A stretch of DNA of 64,000 nucleotides, from positions 4,184-68,183 of the forward strand of contig CAZKFL010000005.1 of NCBI GenBank assembly GCA_964552055.1, given 5' to 3'. The translations under genes and the position numbers were made by a program. How positions within the stretch are numbered: position 1 is the stretch's first letter; each line of letters begins with the position of its first letter. The stretch comes from an uncultured bacterium. Its GTDB lineage: Bacteria; Chlamydiota; Chlamydiia; Chlamydiales; 2-12-FULL-49-11. Shown here piece after piece: positions 1-10,900 of this stretch. The notes under the pieces were generated by a model. It was not told the DNA's origin. It ran no database searches and saw nothing but the letters and a program-made list of their open reading frames with translations.

Positions 1-208
1 TTTCGGGCGTTTCAAAAAATTCAACGCGACCTTCTTTTGTTTCTCTTGCTTCTTTTTTAACCGCTGAAGCAATACCTGCTTTTCGAAGATCTTCAATCGC
101 CTTCTCAATGTTTCCACCGGCGGCTTCTAATGCAGATTTGCATTTTGCAAGACCTACACCTGTTCTTTCTCTAAGTTGTTTGATCTGATCGGCAGTAATT
201 ACGCTCAT
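1..208 (-). CDS. tsf: Elongation factor Ts, N-terminal part (gene runs off the window start)
   Basis: The reverse-complement translation from the ATG at 208-206 reads MSVITADQIKQLRERTGVGLAKCKSALEAAGGNIEKAIEDLRKAGIASAVKKEARETKEG, a typical EF-Ts UBA-like N-terminus. The ATG overlaps the rpsB stop (ATGA), matching the conserved rpsB-tsf order. This ORF is absent from the track because it is truncated. Confidence 0.85.
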   Translation of the reverse strand, partial: MSVITADQIKQLRERTGVGLAKCKSALEAAGGNIEKAIEDLRKAGIASAVKKEARETKEGRVEFFETPE

Positions 209-1026
209 TCTTTGCCTCCCACTGCAACTTCTTCTTTATCACGTCTTTTGTTATTGTAACGCTTTTTTTCTTCTTTTGGCTTGTCTTCGTCATCCATCAT
301 CTCTTCAATACCGCCAACTGCAATTCCAAGCTCTTCTTTTTTCTCAAGAATAGTTTGAGCTAATGCTTGAAGAATGATTTGGTTACTTTTTAAAGCGTCA
401 TCATTTCCAGCAATTACGTAGTCAATTAAATCAGGATCACAGTTTGTGTCGACAATTGCCATTACAGGTATGCCTAATTTTTTTGCTTCTAATACAGCAA
501 TATGTTCTTTTACAGAATCCACGATAATTAGTAAACCAGGTGGTTTTCTCATTGCGCGAATTCCTGAAAGGTTACGATTCAATTTTTCTTGTTCTTTAGA
601 CATCATTGAAAGTTCTTTTTTCGTAATCCCTTCTCTACCAGCAGAAACTTTCTTCTCAATACGCTCAAGCTTTTTAACAGACTGTCTGAGTGTTGTAAGG
701 TTTGTTAACATTCCACCGAGCCATCTTTCGCAAACATAAAACTCACCGCAATCTTCAGCACATTTTTTAATGACAATCTTTGCCTGCTTCTTTGTACCTA
801 CAAACAAAATACTTTGATGCTTCTCAATTACTTTTGCAACCACATCACATGCAGCTCTAATTTGATGCATTGTCTTTGATAGGTCTAAAATATGAATGCC
901 ACCGCGCTCACCGAAGATATATTTCTTCATTTTTGGGTTCCAACGCTGTGTCTGGTGTCCGAAATGTACCCCAGCTTCCAACAGATCTTTAATCGTGATC
1001 TTCAAATCTCTTTGTTTCGTAGTCAA
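205..1026 (-). CDS. rpsB: 30S ribosomal protein S2 with a Lys/Glu-rich C-terminal tail
   Basis: The 273-aa ORF contains LLEAGVHFGHQTQRWNPKM, ILFVGTKKQA and ERWLGGMLTN, which are S2 signature blocks. It lies upstream of tsf. Confidence 0.97.
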   Translation of the reverse strand: MTTKQRDLKITIKDLLEAGVHFGHQTQRWNPKMKKYIFGERGGIHILDLSKTMHQIRAACDVVAKVIEKHQSILFVGTKKQAKIVIKKCAEDCGEFYVCERWLGGMLTNLTTLRQSVKKLERIEKKVSAGREGITKKELSMMSKEQEKLNRNLSGIRAMRKPPGLLIIVDSVKEHIAVLEAKKLGIPVMAIVDTNCDPDLIDYVIAGNDDALKSNQIILQALAQTILEKKEELGIAVGGIEEMMDDEDKPKEEKKRYNNKRRDKEEVAVGGKE

Positions 1027-1060
1027 AATATCCTCTCAACATAAATAAAGTTTCTTAAAT

Positions 1061-1131
1061 AGCGCCTGATCAGAATCGAACTGACACTCACAGCTTGGAA
1101 GGCTGTTGTTCTACCATTGAACCACAGGCGC
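1061..1131 (-). tRNA. tRNA-Gly (anticodon UCC), 71 nt, CCA not encoded
   Basis: The reverse complement GCGCCTGTGGTTCAATGGTAGAACAACAGCCTTCCAAGCTGTGAGTGTCAGTTCGATTCTGATCAGGCGCT folds by hand into a cloverleaf. It has a 7-bp acceptor stem GCGCCTG/CAGGCGC, D stem GTTC/GAAC, anticodon stem ACAGC/GCTGT with loop CTTCCAA, T loop TTCGATT and discriminator U. Confidence 0.9.
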
Positions 1132-1204
1132 GTCCTGGTAGGTATAACATCTTCTCACACTTTGGGTATTTTTGCCAAGTCTCTTATTTACTCTTTTGAA
1201 AAAT

Positions 1205-1314
1205 AAAAGAAAGACTCACCGCAGAGTCGCAGAGATCACAGAGGGCGCAGAGGAAAAACAATAGTAAAAAAAATCAATATTGCTCTCAGAGTCTCTGCGG
1301 TGAATCTTTCTTTT
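1205..1314. repeat. 22-bp inverted repeat (21/22 complementary) enclosing a 66-nt segment with four (G/A)CAGAG repeats
   Basis: The left arm aaaagaaagactcaccgcagag (1205-1226) pairs with the right arm ctctgcggtgaatctttctttt (1293-1314). GCAGAG/ACAGAG copies sit at 1221, 1229, 1238 and 1247, at 8-9 nt spacing. Confidence 0.6.
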
Positions 1315-1356
1315 TGAGTTGTTCCCCTATATAGGGATTTTTTTTATACTGGAAAA

Positions 1357-4300
1357 ATGAAGGATGTCCCTGCCAAAGCGTCTCATGTTCTAAATATAAT
1401 TTTACTTGCCTTTTTGCTTATTGGAATTCGAGTTTGGTATTTGGGTGTTGTTAAGCATGAAGAACATAAAGAGCTTTCAATGCGACCTCGTCAAAAGGTT
1501 GTTATAGATATTCCCAACAGAGGGACGATCAGGGATCGATTTAATATTCCTCTTGCGGTGAATAAAATTCAGTACAATGCATCGGTTATGTTTGATCAAA
1601 TCCGCAATTTGCCAAGGGTTACATACGAAAAAGATGCTTTTGGGAAGCGAAAAAGAATTTATTACAGAAAAGAATACATATCTAAGTTGTCCGCTTTTCT
1701 AGGCGAAAATCTTGGATTAGATCCTGTATACATAGAGGATTTGATCCACAGTAAGGTCTCTTTATTTCCAAATACCCCTTTTGTTTTAAAAGAAAATATT
1801 TCAGAGGAAGATTATTATAAGCTTCGAATACGAGAACGTGACTGGCCAGGACTCACCATGCAAATATCTTCGAGAAGGTATTATCCAAAGGGGCCTGTCT
1901 CTGCAAATGTTTTAGGATACCTTGGAACAATTAGCGAAAAGGAATTCTTATCGATTCAGGGTGAGTTGCAAACATTAGAGCGCTTTATAAAAGACCGCCA
2001 GATGGGCTTGCCTACAATATTGCCAAAAGGTTTTTTAAGCGCAGGAGATGTATCAAAGCGGTATAAAGAATTAAAAGATAAAAGCTACACCCTACAATCT
2101 AAGATGGGTAAATCGGGCATTGAGGGTAAATTTGATGACCAGTTAAGGGGCATTTCTGGCAAAAAAAAATATGAAATTGATGTGAAGGGGAACTTATTAA
2201 GAGAATTGCCAGAATCTTATACTGCAACACCAGGCAGAAGATTTATTTTAACGATTTCCTCTGAACTTCAAGAGTTTGCTGAGTCTCTTCTCATTGAAAG
2301 CGAAATGACTAGGCACGATCGGTTTCAAACAGCTGGAAAGGACCACTCCCTTGCATTTTCGCCTTGGATAAAAGGAGGGGCAATTGTTGCAATGATCCCA
2401 TCTACAGGTGAAATTGTAGCGCTAGCTTCCTATCCACGATTTGATCCCAATGATTTTGCACTAAAGTCAACTTCATTTAATGCAGCGAAATGGCTTGAAC
2501 TCCCCTCCTATATTGGTCAAATCTGGGATGGTATCAAACCACTTGAACGAGAATTTGGCGCTGTTTTTAAGCCTGAAAGATTTCGAGAAGTAGCGCCCCT
2601 CTCTCTTGGCCTTTATCTAGAGATGATTCTTTCTACAAAATCGGAAGTAAGGCGAGCAATTGAACATATAATGAATTTACAAACAGCAATTTATCTCCAA
2701 AATACTGCTGAAACATTATTTAATCTGAGCGGTGAAATTTCTATTCACGCTCTGATTGATACGCTGTTCCCTCCTGAAAAAGGACATAAAACATCTCTTT
2801 ATCATACCTCAAAAGAAAAGCGAATAGAAATTTTAGAAAAGCTTCAGCAAAAAACAACTCTTCTTGGAGAGTTAACAAAAGAGCTAACAACTTACCTTAG
2901 TGGTGTTACAGAAAATGATGATAAAATCCTAGTTCTTGATCTCATTCGATTAATTTGTCCGAGCCACCTATTTGACGATTCTCTTCTAACACAAACAGGG
3001 TCAGAATCACTTTTTGCTTATCGTGAATTTAATCAAGCTGTGATGAGCGTACAAAATGAGATTAAAAAAACAGCAAGAGAAGTATTTCATCATCACGATT
3101 TTCCCAAATGGCGCAAAGACTACTTTACCGGTTATCTTAAAGAGAAACGCGATGAGGAAAAAGCAAATAAAACCTATCAAAGACCTTATCTTGACTACCT
3201 TACTGAAATGGAAGAAGTTCTATTTGAAAGCTTTTTTCAAAAGCACCGTTTCGAATTTTTGGCAGCTTTTCTTTTAGACAATGCACCATTAGACAGTAAC
3301 GATCCGCGCTTTATCTATTTTGATGCACTCATCAAGAAAGGCTTAGACCACAAAATCACCTCTGCAAACTTACTTAAAAATCACCTCCTTACTTTAGATT
3401 CTGAATTTGTCATCCCCTATTTAAGGACGATGCGCTCTTTTAGCGAACTAAATCGACCACTCTTTGGAAGATATTACTTTCCCGCAAAGGCTGGCAAGGA
3501 AGCCACTGAAAAGGATTTAGCAAGGCATTTTTACCCAGCATCTGGTTTTGGGTATGCAAAATCTTTTGCTTTTCAAGAGACTTGCCCTCTTGGATCAATT
3601 TTTAAGTTAATTACAGGTTATGAAGGTCTTAGACAGCACTATCTCAAAGGTAAAGAAAAACACTCCTTCTCGCTTAACCCACTTACTCTAATTGATCAAT
3701 CACCAGCCTATACAGAAAAACTCTCTCCATCAACAATTCTTGGGTATACAGCTGCAGGTCTTCCTATTACAAGATCTTACAAAGGGGGAAGAATTCCGCG
3801 CGGTCACCTAAATATTGGTAGGATTGATTTAAAGGGGGCGCTTGAAAGGTCCAGTAACATCTATTTCTCACTTTTATCATCAGATGTTATAGAAAATCCA
3901 TCAGATCTTACCCATACAGCTTCCATGCTAGGATTTGGAGAGAAAACAGGAATTGATCTCCCAGGAGAAGTTAAAGGCTATCTGCCAACTGATATTCAAA
4001 CAAATCAAACAGCCTTATACGCGTTTTCTATTGGGCAACACTCATTAACCGTAACACCTTTACAGACAGCCGCTTGCATTTCCGCCTTTGCGAATGGAGG
4101 CAATCTTTTAAAACCTCAAATTATTAGCACTATTGCCAATTTGGAACCTCAGAAAACCCCAAGTATCATTGAGAGCAAAGAGAACTTTCGTTATAAAGAC
4201 TACCTCTATAATGTAGGTATCTACTTCCCCCTTTTTACAGAAGCAGAAGAGAGGCCGAGCATCCCCTTTATATGGAGATCCCTTCCAGAAATCAAATCTG

Positions 4301-4686
4301 AAATCTATCTTCCCTATGAAATTCGAAACTATCTCTTTGAAGGCCTGCATGAAGTTGTTAACGGCGCAAGAGGAACAGCCAGATCGTCAGTCATCAAAAC
4401 CCTTTCCGAAAATCCCCGCATGAAAAATGACTATGACACCACAAAACCTTACATGGCCGGCAAAACCTCGACAGCCGAAGTAGTCTATAGACCCTACCTA
4501 AACAGAGAAGAAGGCCCCATCATCTGCAAACACGTCTGGTTTGGAACAGCCGCCTTCACCTCCACCGAAACCTTCGAAGAAAGCGACCTAGTCGTCATTG
4601 TCTGCCTCCGCTTTGCCGACCACGGCAAAGAAGCCGCCCCCCTCGCTGCCAGAGTGATCAAAAAATGGCGCGAAATCAACCCCTAA
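1357..4686 (+). CDS. pbp2: Penicillin-binding protein 2-type transpeptidase, long (chlamydial-style) form with large insertions
   Basis: The 1109-aa ORF has an N-terminal TM anchor (VLNIILLAFLLIGIRVWYLGV) and a PBP dimerisation-like region. Transpeptidase motifs are SxxK (GSIFKL), SxN (ERSSNIYF) and a KTG-like KTS (AGKTSTAE). The ~1,100-aa length matches the long PBP2 known from Chlamydia. Confidence 0.85.
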   Translation: MKDVPAKASHVLNIILLAFLLIGIRVWYLGVVKHEEHKELSMRPRQKVVIDIPNRGTIRDRFNIPLAVNKIQYNASVMFDQIRNLPRVTYEKDAFGKRKRIYYRKEYISKLSAFLGENLGLDPVYIEDLIHSKVSLFPNTPFVLKENISEEDYYKLRIRERDWPGLTMQISSRRYYPKGPVSANVLGYLGTISEKEFLSIQGELQTLERFIKDRQMGLPTILPKGFLSAGDVSKRYKELKDKSYTLQSKMGKSGIEGKFDDQLRGISGKKKYEIDVKGNLLRELPESYTATPGRRFILTISSELQEFAESLLIESEMTRHDRFQTAGKDHSLAFSPWIKGGAIVAMIPSTGEIVALASYPRFDPNDFALKSTSFNAAKWLELPSYIGQIWDGIKPLEREFGAVFKPERFREVAPLSLGLYLEMILSTKSEVRRAIEHIMNLQTAIYLQNTAETLFNLSGEISIHALIDTLFPPEKGHKTSLYHTSKEKRIEILEKLQQKTTLLGELTKELTTYLSGVTENDDKILVLDLIRLICPSHLFDDSLLTQTGSESLFAYREFNQAVMSVQNEIKKTAREVFHHHDFPKWRKDYFTGYLKEKRDEEKANKTYQRPYLDYLTEMEEVLFESFFQKHRFEFLAAFLLDNAPLDSNDPRFIYFDALIKKGLDHKITSANLLKNHLLTLDSEFVIPYLRTMRSFSELNRPLFGRYYFPAKAGKEATEKDLARHFYPASGFGYAKSFAFQETCPLGSIFKLITGYEGLRQHYLKGKEKHSFSLNPLTLIDQSPAYTEKLSPSTILGYTAAGLPITRSYKGGRIPRGHLNIGRIDLKGALERSSNIYFSLLSSDVIENPSDLTHTASMLGFGEKTGIDLPGEVKGYLPTDIQTNQTALYAFSIGQHSLTVTPLQTAACISAFANGGNLLKPQIISTIANLEPQKTPSIIESKENFRYKDYLYNVGIYFPLFTEAEERPSIPFIWRSLPEIKSEIYLPYEIRNYLFEGLHEVVNGARGTARSSVIKTLSENPRMKNDYDTTKPYMAGKTSTAEVVYRPYLNREEGPIICKHVWFGTAAFTSTETFEESDLVVIVCLRFADHGKEAAPLAARVIKKWREINP

Positions 4687-4761
4687 TCTTGCAATCTTGC
4701 GGGGTCAGGCACCGATACTTGATTTGCTAATCTTGCAATCTTGCGGGGTCAGGCACCGATA
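4684..4761. repeat. Two identical 34-bp direct repeats (44-bp period) starting at the pbp2 stop codon
   Basis: taatcttgcaatcttgcggggtcaggcaccgata occurs at 4684-4717 and 4728-4761. The 28-bp core atcttgcaatcttgcggggtcaggcacc recurs at 13411 and 13443. Confidence 0.95.
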
Positions 4762-4901
4762 TGCAATTTATCGAAGCGAGAAATAACCCGCATTTATCGC
4801 AAAGAGAAATTGCAGATCGCGAGTCCGGTAGGATGGGCGGATCAGTGCTCTGCACGGACGCCCGAGCGATATGCAATTTATCGAAGCGAGAAATGCGGGT
4901 T
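4757..4901. repeat. Second repeat family: 28-bp direct repeat x2 plus complementary 11-mers
   Basis: cgatatgcaatttatcgaagcgagaaat occurs at 4757-4784 and 4867-4894. aacccgcattt (4785-4795) is the exact reverse complement of aaatgcgggtt (4891-4901). 4763-4784 can also pair (17/22) with 4792-4813. Confidence 0.85.
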
Positions 4902-7900
4902 AAAAGCGGATGCCGATCTGGGCGCCTGTCCGTTGGTCAAGGTATTGATGGCCAAGGTCGGCGTCATAAGTGACTGTGATGTAGGCGGAGTCTTGTGCAA
5001 AGTTGCCGGTGAGGGCGGCGCCTGGTGAGAAGAGGCTGCGGTTTGGGTAGTAACCCTCTGTAAGGAAAGTTTGGGGGAAGTCTACGAATGATGAGGTGAA
5101 TAGAGTGCCGGTAATTCGGTTTTCGGAGACCCAACTGAGTTTGATATCTGCGATGATACGACTACGATTGGAAATGTTGAAGCATCTTGCAAAGTTGATT
5201 CCGAGCTCGTTTCTAAAAATCTGGGGATTTGTTTTATGTACGTCTAGATCATAGACGCCAGCTCCTGTTTCGGTGAAGGGCCTTTCATGTTGGATGATAT
5301 AGTCCATAGATTCAAAGGGTCTGATCGTAAATCCAAAACAATTAATATTTAGTCCGCCATCTAGGTGAGTTAAGAGTTGGGTTCCGTTATGGTTACTATG
5401 TGCGGTTGTATTGACGCCGGTATAAACAATTTTTCTGCTTGCAATGTAATTGTTTGTGGATCCAAGTAACGAAGCATTGATAAAGGTTAGCGTTCCTATT
5501 GCTGAGCCATAAACTCCAAGGTACCCACTTGTAACATGTCCGCTACCTTGATCTTTATACCACTTCACATCTGTGTATGTGCCGCCCCCCATAATTCCTA
5601 TGTAGCCATGTTTTGCAACATTGAAATCTAGACCAATTGAGCCACCACCGCTGCTTGTGTGGTACCCAACTTGTGGATTTGTATCGATAAAATTAGAGGG
5701 TTGTCTCAATTTTGAATTAAAACCATCGATCCAAAGGTAAACAGGATTACTATTGATTTTACACCCTTTTACATGGGGACAATGTTTTCTATCTAAAAGA
5801 TTTTGAAAGCGTAGACTAATTCCGTTTTGCACTCTAACGGCATTATTTTGCTGAATGATTGCAAGCCCTTTTAACTGAGCAGGACAAAGCTCATTTAACG
5901 CAACTTTTAATTCGGTTTGTGAAAGATCAAAAAGGTCATCTAACGGTTCTACCCAAGCAGCGATATTTGCATCAGAAATTGAGTCTATTACATAACCAAC
6001 TTGTCTTGCATTAAACCCTTCGCCAATTTCTACTGCTGACTTAACGGTTAGATACAAATAGAGGATGTCAGATGTATACTGAGTCACTACATCTGTTCGA
6101 TCAGATGGTGTAATCACATTTGTAAATGTACCTGTCAATCCCCCTGCTGCATTAATCACCTCATAAGCGTGGCTTGGATCATAAGTACCTCTTTGTGGAA
6201 TTACATTTAATGTGGCGCCCGAATTAATTGTAACAGCGCCAGTTGCAATTATATTATCAGATGTTACTTGTGATAACTCTACATTATAAGTAGATCCTGA
6301 TAAAGCAGTGTATGAACCAACATGCAATGTTCCAATGCTATTACCTGGCTCTATTATTCCAGAAACAGTGACACTACCTGCAATTGTTCCAACTCCCTTG
6401 ATCGTAGCGCCGGATGCAACTGTTGTCGCAGAAGAAGAAACACTCCCATTTACAACAAATGTTCCCGCATTTACAGCAGTGGTCCCTGTATAAGCACATG
6501 TTCCTGATACTGTAAAAGACCCAGCCCCCAGTTTAATTAAATTTCCGGCAGTTGCGCTCATACCGCCTGAAAAAACTGTCGAATTAGAGTTCCCCAAAGT
6601 CAGAGTTCCTGTACCTAAGTTAACTGTTCCTGCACCACTTAAATTTCCAATTGTGTTTGAAAAAGAAGCAAGATTTAAAGTAGCACCTGTTAGAACCGTA
6701 ACATCAGAAGTTGCAGAAAATGCTTGTGTACTGCCTGCAGCAAGAGTGCCTGCTGCGATTGTTGTTGCCCCTGTATATGTTTTTATACCATTAGTCGTAA
6801 ATGTTAAAGTACTTGTACCAGTTTTTGTAAATGTTCCAGATCCTGTCATAGTTCCTGATAAAGTTAATACACCACCGAGACTCAAAGAAATTGTTCCAGG
6901 GCCTGTAAGAGTAACAGCTCTTCCCGAAGAAAAATTACCTGCAATGTTAGTCAAAGTACCATTATTAAAAATAAGGGATCCTGCTACATTTCCAAGTCCA
7001 CTGTCCTGATAAATTTGAATGGCTCCACCACTAATTGTGGTATCGCCTGTATAAGTATTGATACCAGAGAGTTCTAACGTTCCTGCTCCAACTTTTTCTA
7101 AGCCACCACCTCCAGATATTATCCCGGAAAACGCAGTGCTTGTCCCATTAAATCCAACAGTTAATTTGCCACCACCTAGAGTTACTGAGCTACCACCAGT
7201 TCCTATCAAACCACCTATTGTATTTGGAAACCCAGCTAGGTTCAGTGTTCCTGCAGCAAGTGGAAAATAAACTGTAGACATAGAGGCAAATGCACTTATT
7301 GCTCCCGCCTGAAGTGTTCCGGCATTAATAGTTGTCAAATCTCCATATAATGCTTGCCCCGTTTCTGCAAGAGTAAATGTACCGGCTCCATTTTTTGTTA
7401 GGCCTCCATGAATAGTTGTTATGCCAACTATTGATCCAGAGAACGTACTCGTTGGATTAGCTAAGGTTAAAGTTGCATTACCGAGATAAACGGTGCCAGT
7501 TCCAGTTAAATCAAGAATGGTATTCGCATTACTATTTAGACTCAGCGTAGTGCCAGAAGATAAATTCACAAGTGATCCTGCAGAAAATGCAGCAGCAGCT
7601 CCGGCCTTAAATGTTCCACCAGTAACAAGAGTATTTCCAGAATAAGTTGACGTTCCACTTAAAGTAAAAACACCAGATCCTGCTTTTGTGATATTCGCAG
7701 CTCCTGTCCATGCAGTTGAATTGTAAGTCCCTGCATTATTATCACCGCCAAACGTTAAGGCTGTCGTTGAAACAATCGTTCCCGTTCCATTCAAGTTTGC
7801 AATCGTGTTTGGACCCGATGTTAACGTAAGCGTTCCACTGCTCATTTGAACCATTGAGTTAGATGATAAAGTTGTACCGCCCGTTGTCCAATTCCCTGCA

Positions 7901-10900
7901 ATTGTTGTAGTTCCCCCATACGTATTTGCACCACTTGTTGTAAATGTGCCAGCACTAAGAGTGACTCCCCCAGATCCGGAAATCACGCCCGAATAACTCG
8001 TTCCTCCAGTTACCATTGTCAATATTCCTGTCGATGCGCCAAGTGTTACATTCGTGGTACCTGTTAAGGAAGCGATATGTGTTGGATAGCCATTTAAGGC
8101 TAGTGTACCACCTGATAAGGTGACTGCTGTATAAATTGAGGTAGGCAATGCATCCACTATTCCCATTTGCAAAATGCCGCCACTCACAGTTGTTGTACCC
8201 CCATACGAACTGCTACGGGATAATATAAGCGTCCCAGTGGATCCTGTTATAACAAGACTTCCCGTACCGGCAATTGCTCCTGCAAAAGTAGTCGTTGTAG
8301 GTGTCGGGACACCTGTATTAATAGTTAAAGTTCCTCCTCCCCCTCCAAAATTGACTGTTGAAGGAGAATTTCCTGCTAAACTTGCAATTGTAGCTGAATT
8401 ATTGTTTAGTTGAAGAGATGTGTAGCTCTCAAGAAAAAGTGCCGAACTATGTGATAACGCATCAGCTGTGCCAGCAGATAGTACTCCGCTGTTAATAGTA
8501 GTCACACCGCTATAGGTATTTTGATTTAAACCAGTAGTATAAAGAGTATAATTTACAGAATTTGCAAATGTAAGACCGCCTGCGCCAGTAATTGCCCCAT
8601 AAAAATTGCCGGTTGGATTGGCAGTCCCTGGATATCCAATCGTCAACGTAGTATTTATATCATTTAAAGTTAAAGAAGTAGCACCTGCAGTAAGCGTCAA
8701 ATCTGTTAGATTTGCAATTGTATTAGCACCTGAAATAGTAAGATTGCCTGTATTCCCTACACCTGCAGGAAAAGAAACAGTTGCCGTATTGGGAAGGGTG
8801 CCTGCCCCGGCGGAAATGCCTCCCGAGCTATTGATTGTGATTGTTCCTGTATTGGTAATAGTTTGTGATCCGGCAAGTGTGAATGTTCCCGTTCCATTTT
8901 TTGTGAGTCCCCACCCGTCAGCATTAGCGGCAAGTATGCCTGAAAAAGTTTGGGAAGCGTTATCTCCCCCAAGTGAAAGGGTGCTGCCTGCTAAATTGAC
9001 AAATCCAGATCCCGTTAAATTTGCAATCACATTAGAATTTGAATTTCCATTGAGTTGAAGAGCTCCACCTGATGCAACATTAACAAGGGAATTTGCGGAA
9101 AACACATTAGATCCACCTGCACTAAGAGTTCCATACACAGTTGTAGTTCCGTAATAAGTAGTGCCTCCAGAAACGCCTGTTAATGTAATTGCGCAAGGGG
9201 CACTTATCGTCAAACTTCCGCCTGGTAAGCCGCCGTTATCAGTAATTGGTCCAGCAAAACTTTGAGAAGAGCCAGATCCCAGTCCGGAAAGAGTTAAGGT
9301 ATTACTATTAGTTAGCGCAACAGAACCCATTAAAGCTGCTGTAGAAGACAAATTTGCAACGGTATTATCAAAGTTATTTAAACTAAGCTCACCGCCCAAA
9401 AATGAGTCAGTAAAAGTAATCACTGACTTTGTAGAAAAGGTATTCGCACTACCTCCATACAAAATAGCGCCACCAGTTATTGTTGTTGGTCCTGAATAGC
9501 TTGAACTATTTTGCGTGGCATTTTTTAATGTTAAACTGAAACCAGATAGAGCAAGGCCTCCTGTTCCGGTGATGCTTCCTTCATACGTACAGCTAGGACC
9601 TACAATACTTAAGTTAACTCCGGATCCGGTTAATCGAACTTCACCACCTAAGCCACTTAACGTATTTACTGTATTGCTGCCCGTGATTTCAAAAATACCA
9701 TTTGTTACAATCAGATCTATATTAGGCGCGCTTACTGGAAAGACATTTGCTCCCACACTAAATGAAGAAAGAGAATTACTAAAATTAACTGTAAGGCCGC
9801 CAGAAGTAATTAAGTTGAAAGTTCCCGAAAAACTTTGATTTGTTAGACCTGTATAAGTAGGCCCTAACTGGAGCGCACTCCCAATCAAAGTGATTGCACC
9901 AGACCCTGTTAAGTTTGCAATCTGGTTATTATATGTGACTAGATTTAAAGCTCCCGAAGATAGAGTAAATAATGAATTCGGAGATAACGTGTTAACAGCC
10001 CCTGCTACCCAAGCACCCGAATCTTGAATTGTTGTTATACCTGTATAAGTATTTAAACCTGCAGTAAGAAAAGCTAGCTGATTTATAGTAAATGACAAGG
10101 TAGCCATTGTTGGAGTAGTTGCGCCATCTATGATTATACCGTTATAAGAACACGATCCCCCGGACGGAGTCATAGTAATACCCCCTCCATTTAGCTTCAC
10201 TTTACCGGTAGAATCACCACTTATTAAAAAATTAAGCTCTATATTCTTTCCATTTACATCTAAAATGCCGTTTGATGAGATTCCTAATCGGGTATCTCCA
10301 TTTAAGGCATTGCTACTCCCTATTAAAAGAGTTCCATTACTAAGCCCAATCAATGCAAGCGTACCTAAGTAATTCGAATTATTAAGTTCAAATGTACCAG
10401 CTCCGCTTAAAACAAGCGTATTTGTTCCGGGAGTTACGGCGTTCAACACCCCAGCATAACTACTTGTAGTAGAAATAGGCACATTAATTGTCAGATTAGC
10501 GCCCAAATTAACAATTGGAGTGGTAGCAGTAGTTGACAAACCTGTAATTGTAGTTGCCCCTGTAATATTCAGAGTACTTGAGCCACTCATGGCAATCGGC
10601 GCTGTCGAAGCTGCGCCATTAAAATTAAATGTGCCACTTGGCAGAGTCAGCGGCGACGAGTTTGAAGTCGTAATTGTTCCGACATATGTGCCACCAGTAG
10701 TTAGCGTAAGAGCACTAGACAAACTAACTTGAGCGCCAGCAGAACCATTTAATATAGAAATTGAGTTAAGTCCCGTATTGGAAAGAATTCCAGCTGCACC
10801 AACGGATACTGTACTGGAATTAGGAAGAGCACCTGCTGCTGCGCTTAGAGTTCCACCCGTAATTGTGATGGTTCCTGGAGCTGTAATGCTCGTACTATTT

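Noticed and set aside
446-739. A 97-aa plus-strand ORF.
   Set aside because: It lies entirely antisense within the well-supported rpsB gene.
4684-4761. The repeat-spacer look of the 34-bp (and 13411-13470) repeats raised the possibility of a CRISPR array.
   Set aside because: Each site has only two copies, with 10-bp and 2-bp gaps rather than ~30-bp unique spacers. No cas genes are present in the window.
4741-5028. Two overlapping plus-strand ORFs (95 and 70 aa) lie in the pbp2/autotransporter spacer.
   Set aside because: They are composed largely of the two repeat families and run antisense into the autotransporter barrel region. They have no SD and read better as non-coding repeat sequence.
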